From Alphaproteobacteria bacterium (GTDB lineage: Bacteria; Pseudomonadota; Alphaproteobacteria; GCA-2731375), in the NCBI GenBank assembly GCA_965232515.1, contig CBDDPY010000002.1, forward strand, positions 6,112,001 through 6,176,000: a DNA stretch of 64,000 nt, read 5' to 3'. Positions 19,807-30,857 of this stretch are shown piece after piece. Each line of letters begins with the position of its first letter. Positions within the stretch are counted from its first letter, which is position 1. Position numbers and translations under genes: made by a program. The notes below the pieces were generated by a model that saw only the letters and a list, made by a program, of their open reading frames with translations, was not told the origin of the DNA and ran no database searches.

Positions 19807-20220
19807 ATGGCGTATCTCTGGCTGAAGGCGTTTCACATCGCGGCCGTGATGGTTTGGATCGGCGGCCTGTTGGTCTCGTCGATGGCCGTGGCCGCCGTGC
19901 AAGCGTCCTCGACGACGACGTTCGCGACGATCCGGCGATGGGACAGGCGGGTCACGTCGCCAGCCATGCTGCTGGTCTGGATCGTGGGGTTGGCGCTGGC
20001 GGCGCTGGCCGACTGGTTTCCGTCCGCCTGGCTGATTGTCAAGCTGGTGATCGTGCTGGCGCTCTCGGCCCTGCACGGCATGTTGACGGGGACGTTGCGG
20101 CGACGGGCCGAAGGTCTGGATCACCGTCCGCCCGCATTCCTGCGGTTTGCGCCACCGCTTGTCGTGGTGGGCGCGACAGCCATCGTGCTGCTGGCGGTCG
20201 TCAAACCATTCGAGGGCTAA
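19807..20220 (+). CDS. CopD/HemJ-like membrane protein
   Basis: YLWLKAFHIAAV..WIGGL, WLIVKL, HG, LAVVKPF. Confidence 0.8.
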   Translation: MAYLWLKAFHIAAVMVWIGGLLVSSMAVAAVQASSTTTFATIRRWDRRVTSPAMLLVWIVGLALAALADWFPSAWLIVKLVIVLALSALHGMLTGTLRRRAEGLDHRPPAFLRFAPPLVVVGATAIVLLAVVKPFEG

Positions 20221-20837
20221 TCCGGCCGCAGCATCTCGAAGGCTTCGTCGACGACCGCATAGTCGAAATAGCCGAGCCGGGCGACGGGCCGCAGGCGGCC
20301 GATGTCGATCTTGCCCTCGACGATGACGTCGTCGCTGATATGAATGCCGACGACCTTGCCGATCACCATGTAGTTGCCGTCGCCGCGCCGGCTTTGCGGC
20401 AGGTCGACGACCTGGTGCAGCACGCATTCGAAATGCGCCGGCGCCGCGGCGACACGCGGCGGCCTGACCTTTTCCGACGGCAGCGCGTTCAGGCCGGTAT
20501 GGTTCATCTCGTCGATGCTGCGGGCGACATGCTCTGACGAGGCATTCATCTGCTCGCGCGTCTCCCAGCTGGCGAGGTTGAAGACGAACTCGCCGGTGTC
20601 CTCGACATTCTTCAGGCTGTCCTTCTTGCCGCCCTCGGGATGGCCGCCGTTGGGGCAGTACATCACCATCGGCGGATCGTCGCAGACGGCGTTGAAATAG
20701 CTGAACGGCGCCAGGTTGACGACGCCGTCGGTGCTGATCGTCGAGATCCAGCCGATCGGCCGCGGCACGACCAGCGATTTGAAGGGACTGTGCTTCAGCG
20801 GCGGTGGCCGCATGCCCTCGGCGGGATCGAAAAACAT
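20217..20837 (-). CDS. Flavin reductase-like (DIM6/NTAB) protein
   Basis: VVPRPIGWIST, NLAPFSYFN, KDSLKN, RLGYFDY. Confidence 0.9.
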   Translation of the reverse strand: MFFDPAEGMRPPPLKHSPFKSLVVPRPIGWISTISTDGVVNLAPFSYFNAVCDDPPMVMYCPNGGHPEGGKKDSLKNVEDTGEFVFNLASWETREQMNASSEHVARSIDEMNHTGLNALPSEKVRPPRVAAAPAHFECVLHQVVDLPQSRRGDGNYMVIGKVVGIHISDDVIVEGKIDIGRLRPVARLGYFDYAVVDEAFEMLRPD

Positions 20838-20849
20838 GGGCTCAGCTCC

Positions 20850-21764
20850 TCAGATCGGGTCCCAGCTGTAATACTCGCCGGTGCCCTTCAGGTCGTAGAG
20901 GTCCTGCCGCAGGGCGGGCTCCAGCATGTCTGCGAGGTTGTCCGGCGTCCAGCCGTCGCTGTTATGCAGCGTGCGGACCGGCCGGGGCTGGGACATCAGA
21001 TAGATCTCGTTGCCGCGCACGCCGAAGATCTGGCCGCTGACGCCGCTCGCTGCGTCGCTGGTCAGGTAGACCACCAGGGGCGCGATCTGCGCCGCCGTGG
21101 CGCCGGCGCGGAATTTCTCGAAGGCTTCGGCCTGGGCCTCGCTCTGTACCGGGATTGCCTCGATCATGCGGGTCCAGGCGAACGGCGCGACGGCGTTCGA
21201 GCGCACGCCGAAGCGCTGGCCTTCCATGGCGATCACGCGCGACAGGCCGACGATGCCGAACTTGGCGGCGGCATAGTTCGCCTGGCCGATATTGCCGTTC
21301 AGCGCCGATGTCGAGGTGAACTGCACGAAGGCGCCGCTCTCCTGCGCCCGGAACCGGTCCATGGCGGCGCGGCTGACGAGATAGGTGCCGTTCAGATGCA
21401 CGTCCAGCACGGCCTGCCATTGCGCCAGCTCCATCTTATGGAACATGGCGTCGCGCAGAATGCCGGCGACGTTAACCACGGCGTCGATGCGCCCGAAGCC
21501 GTCGACCGCGGCCTGCACCATGGCGTCGGCGCCGTCGGGACTGCTGACGCTGTCATTGTTGGCGACGGCCTCGCCGCCGGCCGCCGCGATCTCGTCGGCG
21601 ACCTGCTGGGCCGGATTTTCGTCCGTGGTATCGCCGCCGAGCGTGCCGCCGAGATCGTTAACAACGACCCGCGCGCCTTCCGCCGCCATCGCCAACGCGA
21701 CCTCGCGGCCGATACCGCGGCCGGCGCCGGTGACCAGCGCGACCTTGCCGTCCATCACCCCCAT
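20850..21764 (-). CDS. SDR oxidoreductase (3-hydroxyacyl-CoA dehydrogenase-like)
   Basis: TGAGRGIG, VVVNDLG, AGILRD, GQANYAAAK; GGAG RBS. Confidence 0.92.
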   Translation of the reverse strand: MGVMDGKVALVTGAGRGIGREVALAMAAEGARVVVNDLGGTLGGDTTDENPAQQVADEIAAAGGEAVANNDSVSSPDGADAMVQAAVDGFGRIDAVVNVAGILRDAMFHKMELAQWQAVLDVHLNGTYLVSRAAMDRFRAQESGAFVQFTSTSALNGNIGQANYAAAKFGIVGLSRVIAMEGQRFGVRSNAVAPFAWTRMIEAIPVQSEAQAEAFEKFRAGATAAQIAPLVVYLTSDAASGVSGQIFGVRGNEIYLMSQPRPVRTLHNSDGWTPDNLADMLEPALRQDLYDLKGTGEYYSWDPI

Positions 21765-21973
21765 TTCTCGCTCCTCCGGAATGTCCAAGCTGTCCGCCCG
21801 GCACGCTAGCGGCAAAGCCCCGGCAGGTCCATGCTTGGCAACGGCGCGGAAAGCTGCTACATCGCCTGCATCATGACGCCCGCCAACCGACTCCGACGAC
21901 GAGGCAAGAACCAGCGGCTCCGCACGAGCCGTCGCCAGGATGCCTATGTCAAACGTCGTTCGGAATCGAAGCC

Positions 21974-22729
21974 GTGTTTTTACTTTCCCATGAGCGGTCG
22001 CAAGACGCCGCCGCAATACGTGAACTGATCGCCCGGTCTTTCGGACCGGACCACCCCGACAAACCCGTCTCCAAGCTGCGCGAGCGCTGTTCGCGTGAAC
22101 CCGATCTCTGTTTGGTCGCGCGGCAGGGTAACCATGTTGTCGGCGCGATCCGCTATTGGCATGTCGAGATCGGCGCCAGGCGGTCGACGGCGCTGCTGCT
22201 CGGACCGCTCGCGGTCGCGCCGGAGCGCCAGGGCCGCGGGATCGGCGCGGCGCTCGTCTGGTCGACGCTGGATATGGCCGAAAAGGCCGGCCATGGCTCG
22301 GTCCTGCTGGTCGGCGACCCGGCCTACTATCGCCGGTTCGGCTTCCGCGCCGCTTCAGATCTCGGGATCACGCTTGCCGGCGAGACCGAGCGGTTGCGGG
22401 TGCACGAATTACGGCCGGATGCCCTGCGGAATGTCAGTGGGGCCCTGCGGCCCGGGAGGGGCGTTCGCCGACCGGGATCCTCAGCGGCCCTCGCGATGCC
22501 AGGCCAACATCGTGACGCCCAGCACCAGCGCCAGCACCACCAGCGCCGGCAGCATCGGGATCTGCTCGACGCCGGTCACCAAGTAGTCCCCGTTCGCCCG
22601 CAGGCCGAACCAGCTCCGGCCCGCGGCGTCCCGCTCGGGCTTCACGCGCCGAACGTCGGGAATGCCGTCGCTCAGCCAGAAGCTGCCGCCGCCCGTCCGT
22701 TCCACAAGCGGTGCCAGCGGCTGCGGTGA
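21974..22729 (+). CDS. YhbS-like GNAT acetyltransferase; 3' end runs into the opposite gene
   Basis: LLLGPLAVAPERQGRGIG, LLVGDPAYYRRFGF; domain ends near 22460, ORF continues to 22729. Confidence 0.75.
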   Translation: MFLLSHERSQDAAAIRELIARSFGPDHPDKPVSKLRERCSREPDLCLVARQGNHVVGAIRYWHVEIGARRSTALLLGPLAVAPERQGRGIGAALVWSTLDMAEKAGHGSVLLVGDPAYYRRFGFRAASDLGITLAGETERLRVHELRPDALRNVSGALRPGRGVRRPGSSAALAMPGQHRDAQHQRQHHQRRQHRDLLDAGHQVVPVRPQAEPAPARGVPLGLHAPNVGNAVAQPEAAAARPFHKRCQRLR

Positions 22730-24559
22730 CGATCTGAGGTCGGCGTATTCCAGGGGATTGAGCACGCCCACCGCCGCGACCGTCGCGCGGGCGCCGTCCG
22801 ACAGCCGGTAGAGCCCGGGCTCGTTCACCTGCAGGCTGCCGCGCGCCAGGCCACCGGTCTCGTCTTCGCTCAGCGGGACGGTAAATTCCCGGCCCGACGG
22901 CGCCGTCACCGTCACGTCGCCGCCGCCCGGCGCCAGGCTGCGGCGCCAGATTTCGAGGCGATTGCCGTCGGCGGCCGCGCGCAGGTCTTCCTCCTCCAGA
23001 TCCGGCTCTTTCATCAGCCAGTGCGCCACCCGGCGCAACAGCTCGGCCTGCGGCCCGCCGCCCTCGAAGCCCCGGGTCCAGAGCCAGGCGTGGTCCGACA
23101 GCAGCTGCGCGACCCGGCCTTCGCCGATGCGGTCGAGGATCAGGACCGGCCGGTCCGATTCGCCCTGCATCAGGGTCGTGCCCCGCATCAGGTCGACATC
23201 GATCAGGCGGAACCAGCGGCCCCAGTCCGGCTCGTCCGCCTGCGCGCCCGGCAGCTCGGCCGTGACCGGATGCCGGCGGCCGGCATCCGTCAACTCGGGG
23301 CGGAAGCCGCCCGTGATGATGTCGCCGGTCGGGCTGGTCGGCAGCACCTGCGCCAGCGGCGTGCGGTGCAGGCTGAGCGGCGTCGCGAAGGCCGGGCCGG
23401 CGGCGGTCAGCACCGCGCCGCCCTGACGCACGTATTCGACGACGTTGCGCAAATAGAGATCCGGCAGCACGCCGCGGCGGCGATAGCGGTCGAAGATCAC
23501 CAGATCGAACTCGTCCAGCTTGGTCTGGAACAGCTCGCGGGTCGGGAACGAGATCAGTGACAGTTCGCGGATCGGCGTGCCGTCCTGCTTCTCCGGCGGC
23601 CGCAGGATGGTGAAATGCACGAGATCGACGGACGGATCGGCCTTCAGCAGGTTGCGCCAGGTGCGCTCGCCGGCATGCGGCTCGCCCGAAACCAGCAACA
23701 CGCGCAACCGGTCGCGCACGCCGTTGACGACGACCACCGCCCGGTTGTTGATCATGGTCAGTTCGTCCGGGCCGGATTCGACCTCGACCTCCAGCACCGT
23801 CAGGCCGCCATGTTGCAGCGTGAACGGCACCGTGTAGGGCGATCCGATCGGCACGATGTAGGACTGCGGCGGGCCATCATCCTGCTTGACCGTGACCTCG
23901 GCCGCGCCATCGCCGCCAACGCCCTGGTCCTCGATGTTGAGCGTCAGGCTCAACTCCTCGCCGACGATGCCGTAACGCGGGGCTTCTTCGATGACCAGCC
24001 GGCGGTCCCGCTCGCCGCGCTCGCCGGTCAGCAGGACATGCACCGGTCCGCCCGGATCGTCGCGTTCGACCTCGGCCCCGAGGTCATGCACCTGACCGTC
24101 GGTCACCAGCACGGCGCCGGCTACGCGCTGGCGCGGCACGTCCGAAAGCGCGCGGCGCAACGCGCCGATCAGGTGCGTGCCGTCCGGCATGGTGGCGTCG
24201 CCGGCCTCACGGCCGCCCGCATAGACAACCCGGGTCTCGAGATCGCCGTAACCCTCGAGGCGTCGCTCGAGCTGCGCGACCGCCCGTTCGGCGCGCTCTC
24301 CGCGTTCGCCCACATCCTGACTTGGCGACTCGTCGACCACGATCACCGCCACGTCGGTCAGCGGCTCGCGCTGCTCCTCGACCAGCGCCGGATTGGCCAG
24401 CGCCAGCAGGCCGAAGGCCAGCGCCAGGCTCCGCCACCAGGCGCCGGGCAGCCGTCGGGCAAGGGCGTAGCCGACGAACAGCAGCGCGAAGGCGGCGATG
24501 ATCGCCAGCAGTTCCCACGGGATCAGCGGCGCGAACGAAATGTTGGCGATGGTCGTCAT
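22481..24559 (-). CDS. Membrane protein with class I glutamine amidotransferase-like domain (MoxR locus)
   Basis: VLVTDGQVHD, RVLLVSGEPHAGERTWRNLLKADPSVDLVHFTILRPPEK. Confidence 0.88.
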   Translation of the reverse strand: MTTIANISFAPLIPWELLAIIAAFALLFVGYALARRLPGAWWRSLALAFGLLALANPALVEEQREPLTDVAVIVVDESPSQDVGERGERAERAVAQLERRLEGYGDLETRVVYAGGREAGDATMPDGTHLIGALRRALSDVPRQRVAGAVLVTDGQVHDLGAEVERDDPGGPVHVLLTGERGERDRRLVIEEAPRYGIVGEELSLTLNIEDQGVGGDGAAEVTVKQDDGPPQSYIVPIGSPYTVPFTLQHGGLTVLEVEVESGPDELTMINNRAVVVVNGVRDRLRVLLVSGEPHAGERTWRNLLKADPSVDLVHFTILRPPEKQDGTPIRELSLISFPTRELFQTKLDEFDLVIFDRYRRRGVLPDLYLRNVVEYVRQGGAVLTAAGPAFATPLSLHRTPLAQVLPTSPTGDIITGGFRPELTDAGRRHPVTAELPGAQADEPDWGRWFRLIDVDLMRGTTLMQGESDRPVLILDRIGEGRVAQLLSDHAWLWTRGFEGGGPQAELLRRVAHWLMKEPDLEEEDLRAAADGNRLEIWRRSLAPGGGDVTVTAPSGREFTVPLSEDETGGLARGSLQVNEPGLYRLSDGARATVAAVGVLNPLEYADLRSSPQPLAPLVERTGGGSFWLSDGIPDVRRVKPERDAAGRSWFGLRANGDYLVTGVEQIPMLPALVVLALVLGVTMLAWHREGR

Positions 24560-24572
24560 GCGTGCCGGTCCG

Positions 24573-27323
24573 CTATTGGCCCAGACGCTCGAGGATCGCC
24601 GGCACGTGCACCTGATCTGTCTTGTAGTTACCGGTCAGCGTGTACATCACCAGGTTGACGCCGAAGCGATAGGCCATCTCGCGTTGGCGCGGCCCGCCCG
24701 GCACCACGGCGGCCATCGGCCGGCCGAGATCGTCCGTCGCCCAGGCCGCCGCCCAGTCGTTGCCGCCGATGATGATCGAGGCGACGCCGTCATTGACGCC
24801 GCCGGGGCGCAGCTCGACCCAGACCTGGCCGTTGGCGTAGCGGCCCGGGAACGACTGCATCAGGTAGAAGGCGCGGGTCAGCACATGATGCTGCGGCACC
24901 GGCACCAGGGGCGGCACGTCCAGGCGCCGCAGCATCTGGCGCAGCCGCTGGTTGTTGGCGCTGCCGCCGCCGACGCCGCCGGGCAGGCGTAGGTTCGCCG
25001 TCTGTGAGTCCCGGGTGTCGAAGAGAATGGTGCCGCCGGTCCGCATGTAGTTGTCGATGCGCGCGAGCGCCGCATCCGACAGTGGCGGCTGGGTCGGCGT
25101 CAGCGGCCAGTAGATCAGCGGGAAGAACACCAGCTCGTCGGATTCGATATCGAGGCCGAACGGATCCGCCGGCTCGATCGAGGTGCGCCGCCGCAGGATC
25201 TCGCTGAGGCCGATCAGGCCGGCCCGGCTCATGGCGTCGATCTCGTCGTCGCCGGTCAGCACGTAGGCGAGCCGGGTGTCGAGCGTCGCCTGCAGGACGA
25301 ATTCGTCAGAGGGGTCCTGCGCCCGCGCGCTGTCCATCGGCAGGGCGGCGACGACGCCGAGCAGCAGCAATGAGGCGGCCGCGCGGGCGCGCCGTTGCGG
25401 TGACAGCAGGCCGCGCAGCGCCAGCGCCGCGACAATATCGACCAGCGCCAGCAGGATCGCGGCGGTCAGCAGCCAGGGCTTCAGGTCGGTCTCGGCCTGT
25501 TCGGCATAGGGCGCGACCGCGGAACTGCCGGGATAGTCGCCGATCTGAAGCAGACCGTCGATGCCGGACGACAGGTTCAGCGCGCGCTTGGCGTCGTCGT
25601 TGCCGTAGAAACCCGGCGGATGCTGCGGACCGGCGTCCGTCGTGTCGATGACATCGCCGGCGATCGGCCGCGCCGTGGCGCTGGCCGGTCCGAGCTGACC
25701 GTCGCCGCTCAGGCTGGCGAGCGGCGGCAGCATGGCCTCGCTGTCCTCGCCGGCGACGCCGCGCGACAGCGTCACCAGCCGGCGCAGCATGTCGACGAAC
25801 AGCCCGGTAATAGGCAGGTTGGTCCAGTCGGTGTTCGCGGTCGAGTGGAACAGCACCAGCCAGCCGTCATCCAGGCGGTCGGCGGTCACCAGCGGTGTGC
25901 CGTCGGCCAGCCGCGCCCAGGTTTTCCGGTTCAGATCCAACGACGGCTCGGCCAGCACCTGCCGGCGCACGAAGATGTCGTCGGCAATCTCCAGACCATG
26001 GAAGGGGCTGGTCTCGGGAAAATCCGCCAGCTTGGCCGGCTGCGCCCAGGACAGCGAGCCGTCGAGCGCCCGGCCGCCGCCGCGAAGTCTCACGGGGATC
26101 AGGTCGTCGGCGTTCTGCGCCATGCGCGGGCCGGCGAACCGCACCAGCATGCCGCCGTCGCGCACCCACTGCTCCGCTGCGCCGGCGGCGCCGGGATCGA
26201 GCCGGCCGATATCGGCCAGCACCAGCACGGCCGTCGGCCGCCGCAGCAGTTCGGTGACGTCGCCCAGACGCACGTCGCTATAGGGCGACAGCGCCCTGTC
26301 CAGATAATAGAGGTTCGACAGCAGCGGCTGGGTCTGTTCCTCGGTGGCGGCGCCCGAGACCATGCCGACGGGCCGCCGGCGCCAGCGTTCGTCCAGCAGC
26401 ACCACGGCCGCGGCCGATGCCTCGCCGTCGACGTCCAGCCGGACCGCCTGGTTGCGCAGTTCGCTGGGCAGTTCGAGGTCTGTTTCGGCCCGGGTCTGTC
26501 CGGCCTCGAAAGTCGCGCGGCTGCGGGCGAGAACCCGCCCGCCTTCGGCCATGGCGCGCACCCAGACCTGTTCCTCGTTTTCGGGGTCGGCGCGCAGCAC
26601 CGAGGCGCGCAGGCCGCTGCCGCTGATATCAGGCGGCAACAGCGCCTTTGCCAGTGCCAGGCTGTCCTCGGTGATGACGGTCAGGGCGCCAAGCTGCGCC
26701 AACCGCTGGCTGAGCGTTTCCGCCGCGCCGTCGTCGATGCCGTCGCTCAGCCAGACAATCTGCGGCGCCCGCTCGAAAGTGATGTCGGCCAGCGCCGCCG
26801 TGGCCGCGGACCGGTCCACCGGCCAGGGACGCGGCGTCAAGGCCCGTACGGTCGGTCGCAGGTCGGCCGCCGACGTCAGCTTGCTGACGGCGATCGGCGC
26901 GCCGTCGGCCGGCGGCGCGGTCGACAGCAGCGCCGCCGACCGGTCTTCGCGTTGCGCCCGGTCGAGCAGGCCGTCCAGCATGTCCTGGCGCGCGTCCCAG
27001 TTCGGCGCTGCGGCCCAGCCGTCGTCGACGACCAGCAGCAACGGCCCGTCACCGTCCAGCTCGGCGCTGGGATTCAGCAGCGGATGCGCCAGCGCCAGGA
27101 TCACCAGCGCCGCCAGCACCATGCGCAGGATGGTCAGCCACAGCGGCGTCGTCGCCGAGGTCTCGTCGGTGGGTCGCAGCGACAGCAGCAGCCGCACGGC
27201 CGGAAACGAGACACGCCGTGGCGTCGGCGGAATGATGCGCAGCAGCCACCAGATCACTGGCAGCAGTATCAGCCCCAGCAGCATCCAGGGCGCGGCGAAC
27301 CCAATCGCACCGAGGTTCAGCAT
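24573..27323 (-). CDS. BatA N-terminal / DUF4159 domain protein
   Basis: F.APW.L..L..LP.IWWLLR..PP..FP; C-term IIGGNDWAAAWA, GNYKTDQVH. Confidence 0.9.
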   Translation of the reverse strand: MLNLGAIGFAAPWMLLGLILLPVIWWLLRIIPPTPRRVSFPAVRLLLSLRPTDETSATTPLWLTILRMVLAALVILALAHPLLNPSAELDGDGPLLLVVDDGWAAAPNWDARQDMLDGLLDRAQREDRSAALLSTAPPADGAPIAVSKLTSAADLRPTVRALTPRPWPVDRSAATAALADITFERAPQIVWLSDGIDDGAAETLSQRLAQLGALTVITEDSLALAKALLPPDISGSGLRASVLRADPENEEQVWVRAMAEGGRVLARSRATFEAGQTRAETDLELPSELRNQAVRLDVDGEASAAAVVLLDERWRRRPVGMVSGAATEEQTQPLLSNLYYLDRALSPYSDVRLGDVTELLRRPTAVLVLADIGRLDPGAAGAAEQWVRDGGMLVRFAGPRMAQNADDLIPVRLRGGGRALDGSLSWAQPAKLADFPETSPFHGLEIADDIFVRRQVLAEPSLDLNRKTWARLADGTPLVTADRLDDGWLVLFHSTANTDWTNLPITGLFVDMLRRLVTLSRGVAGEDSEAMLPPLASLSGDGQLGPASATARPIAGDVIDTTDAGPQHPPGFYGNDDAKRALNLSSGIDGLLQIGDYPGSSAVAPYAEQAETDLKPWLLTAAILLALVDIVAALALRGLLSPQRRARAAASLLLLGVVAALPMDSARAQDPSDEFVLQATLDTRLAYVLTGDDEIDAMSRAGLIGLSEILRRRTSIEPADPFGLDIESDELVFFPLIYWPLTPTQPPLSDAALARIDNYMRTGGTILFDTRDSQTANLRLPGGVGGGSANNQRLRQMLRRLDVPPLVPVPQHHVLTRAFYLMQSFPGRYANGQVWVELRPGGVNDGVASIIIGGNDWAAAWATDDLGRPMAAVVPGGPRQREMAYRFGVNLVMYTLTGNYKTDQVHVPAILERLGQ

Positions 27324-27333
27324 GCGCGCTCCG

Positions 27334-28236
27334 TCACGCGGTCACCAGCGCATCGGCAAGTGCGCTATATAGGGAAAGGAGGGCCGTTTGCGGCGGCCGG
27401 TCTGTTCGATGGAAGGCGCAGGTCCAACCTACGCTGCGCGCGGTGACGCTGAGGTTATCGCGTCGGGCGGCGATGCGTGCGTGATAGTCGGACCGCAGTC
27501 CCTCGACACGGCCGATGGTGATGCTGCCTTCGCCTTCGACGCCCTCGAACAGCATGCGGCCATTATACGGCAAATCTTCCTCGGCCGGGTCCAGCACCTG
27601 CAACAGATGCCCGCGGGCGCCCTGACCGGCGAAGCTCTTGATCGCGGTATCGATCTCGGGCATCGGCGACAGAAAGTCGCCGATCAGCACGATCTGGGCA
27701 TAGCGCGGCACCCGGGCGATGTCGGGCAGGCTGGGCGTTGCCAGCGGCGTGTTCCCGATCAGCGCCTGCGCCATCCGGGTGAGCGCGGCCCGGCCGGTCG
27801 ACGGCGCATCGTCGACGCCCAACAGGGCGATGCGCTCGCCGCCGCGGACCAGCAGCGCCGCCAGCGCCAACAGCAGCAGCGTCGACCGCTCCAGCTTGTC
27901 CTGCTCGGCCGCGTCCGACCGGAAGTCCATCGACGGCGAACCGTCGCGCCAGAGCCAGACGCTCTGGGCGGCTTCCCATTCGTTCTCGCGCACGAACAGC
28001 TTCTGGGTCTTGGCCGATTGCCGCCAGTCGATGGCCTGGGCCGGGTCGCCGATATCGTAGCGGCGGAACTGCCAGAAGGTTTCGCCGATGCCGACGCGGC
28101 GGCGGCCGTGCACGCCCTGCGCCACGGTGGCGGCGACCCGTTCTGCGGCGACCATGAGCGGCGGCAGCGCGGCCGCCATCTGTTCGGCGCGCTGGCGGAC
28201 GACGTTGTGTTGCGCCAGCGAAGCCGTCTCTGCCAT
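27334..28236 (-). CDS. DUF58 vWA-like protein
   Basis: GVHGRRRVG.GETFWQFRRY..GD....IDWRQSA. Confidence 0.92.
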   Translation of the reverse strand: MAETASLAQHNVVRQRAEQMAAALPPLMVAAERVAATVAQGVHGRRRVGIGETFWQFRRYDIGDPAQAIDWRQSAKTQKLFVRENEWEAAQSVWLWRDGSPSMDFRSDAAEQDKLERSTLLLLALAALLVRGGERIALLGVDDAPSTGRAALTRMAQALIGNTPLATPSLPDIARVPRYAQIVLIGDFLSPMPEIDTAIKSFAGQGARGHLLQVLDPAEEDLPYNGRMLFEGVEGEGSITIGRVEGLRSDYHARIAARRDNLSVTARSVGWTCAFHRTDRPPQTALLSLYSALADALVTA

Positions 28237-28260
28237 ATGGCAGGCCTTCCCCTGTCCGTC

Positions 28261-29259
<999 letters not shown>

Positions 29260-29360
29260 GATGTCGACTATATTTGTTCCCTGGGACGAAATGACCAGAG
29301 CAAAGGTAACGATTGCGTGCGCCGGATACCATATCGGTGTCGCAAGATGAGAAAAAAGTG

Positions 29361-29939
29361 ATGACCGCAAGCCCGCCCGATCCGATGACCATCGCTGCGC
29401 GTCTGCCGAAGGGCAAGCTGCCGCCGGTGCATAAGTGGAATCCGCCGTTTTGCGGCGATCTCGACATGCGCATCGCCCGCGATGGCACCTGGTACTATCT
29501 CGGCAGTCCGATCGGCCGCAAGCCCATGGTCAAGCTGTTCTCGACGGTTCTGCGGCATGACGACGACGGCCGTTATTATTTGGTGACGCCGGTGGAAAAG
29601 ATCGGCATTACCGTCGACGACGCGCCGTTCGTCGCCGTCGAGATGACGGCGCACGGCAGCGGCCGGGATCAGGTGCTGACCTTTCGCACGCATGTCGACG
29701 ACGAGGTGATGGCCGGGCCCGAGCACCCGATTCGCGTCGAAACCGACATCGGCACCGGCGAGCCGTCGCCCTATGTGCTGGTCCGCGACCGGCTGGAGGC
29801 GCTGATTGCGCGTTCGGTGTTTTATGACCTGGTCGAGCACGGCGAGAATCGCGACATCGACGGGGTCGAGACCTTCGGCGTCTGGAGCGCCGGCGTGTTC
29901 TTCCCGATCGGCAGCTTGGACGGCGCAACGGATGGCTGA
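29361..29939 (+). CDS. DUF1285 protein
   Basis: [36 protein letters not shown]. Confidence 0.92.
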   Translation: MTASPPDPMTIAARLPKGKLPPVHKWNPPFCGDLDMRIARDGTWYYLGSPIGRKPMVKLFSTVLRHDDDGRYYLVTPVEKIGITVDDAPFVAVEMTAHGSGRDQVLTFRTHVDDEVMAGPEHPIRVETDIGTGEPSPYVLVRDRLEALIARSVFYDLVEHGENRDIDGVETFGVWSAGVFFPIGSLDGATDG

Positions 29940-30570
29940 GAGGCATCGGACGCGAATCGTCGAGCGATTGAAGCCGGACGCCGACGACCTGAACGGCTGG
30001 GCCGCGCCGGCGCCGACGGGCGATTTCGATTTGAACCCGGTGATGCGCGACAAGCTGCGCGAGGACCGGCCGTTGCGACCGGCCGCCGTGCTGGTGCCCA
30101 TCGTCGAGCATGCCGGCGGTCCGACCGTGCTGCTGACCCTACGCACCGATCATCTGGAGCATCACGCCGGCCAGGTCAGCTTTCCCGGCGGCCGTGTCGA
30201 GGTGGAGGACAAGCATCCGCTCGACACGGCCCTGCGCGAGACCGAGGAGGAGATCGGCCTGACGCGCGCGCATATCGAGCTCGGCGGCTATCTCGACACC
30301 TACGAAACCGGCACCGGGTTCCGGATCACGCCGGTTGTCGGCTTCGTGCGTCCGGGATTCGCGCTGGCGCCGGACGATTTCGAGGTGGCGGAAGTGTTCG
30401 AGGTGCCGCTCGATTTCCTGTTCGATCCCGCCAATCACCAACGGCACAGCCGGACCTGGAACGGCGTCGAGCGGCATTATCATGCCATGCCTTATGGCGA
30501 TTACTACATATGGGGGGCGACGGCAGGCATGCTGATGAATCTGTACCGTCGCGTACACGGCTTGTTATGA
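29932..30570 (+). CDS. nudL: Nudix CoA pyrophosphatase
   Basis: [36 protein letters not shown]. Confidence 0.92.
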   Translation: MAERHRTRIVERLKPDADDLNGWAAPAPTGDFDLNPVMRDKLREDRPLRPAAVLVPIVEHAGGPTVLLTLRTDHLEHHAGQVSFPGGRVEVEDKHPLDTALRETEEEIGLTRAHIELGGYLDTYETGTGFRITPVVGFVRPGFALAPDDFEVAEVFEVPLDFLFDPANHQRHSRTWNGVERHYHAMPYGDYYIWGATAGMLMNLYRRVHGLL

Positions 30571-30583
30571 GGGGTCGCAGCCG

Positions 30584-30847
30584 ATGGTTCGTAAGCTATT
30601 CATACACCTGCTGCCGTTTCTGCTGCCGTTTATCGCGTTCGTGATCTACGCGATCGTGACGCGGCGGGCGCAGCGCAAGGGCTCCATGTGGGCGGACACG
30701 CCCTATTTCTGGCTGACCAGCAGCGGCCTGATGCTGGTGATCGCCGGTCTGGTGACGGCCGCGGTCATCGGCGGCGATCCGCCCGGCGGCACCTATGTGC
30801 CCGCCACCGTCGTCGACGGCGAGGTCGTGCCGGGCCGCGTCGAATAG
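30584..30847 (+). CDS. Small membrane protein (DUF6111-like)
   Basis: Two TM helices followed by YVPA...DG.VVPGR; lies between nudL and the CCA-family gene. Confidence 0.8.
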   Translation: MVRKLFIHLLPFLLPFIAFVIYAIVTRRAQRKGSMWADTPYFWLTSSGLMLVIAGLVTAAVIGGDPPGGTYVPATVVDGEVVPGRVE

Positions 30848-30857
30848 CGTTTCCGCC

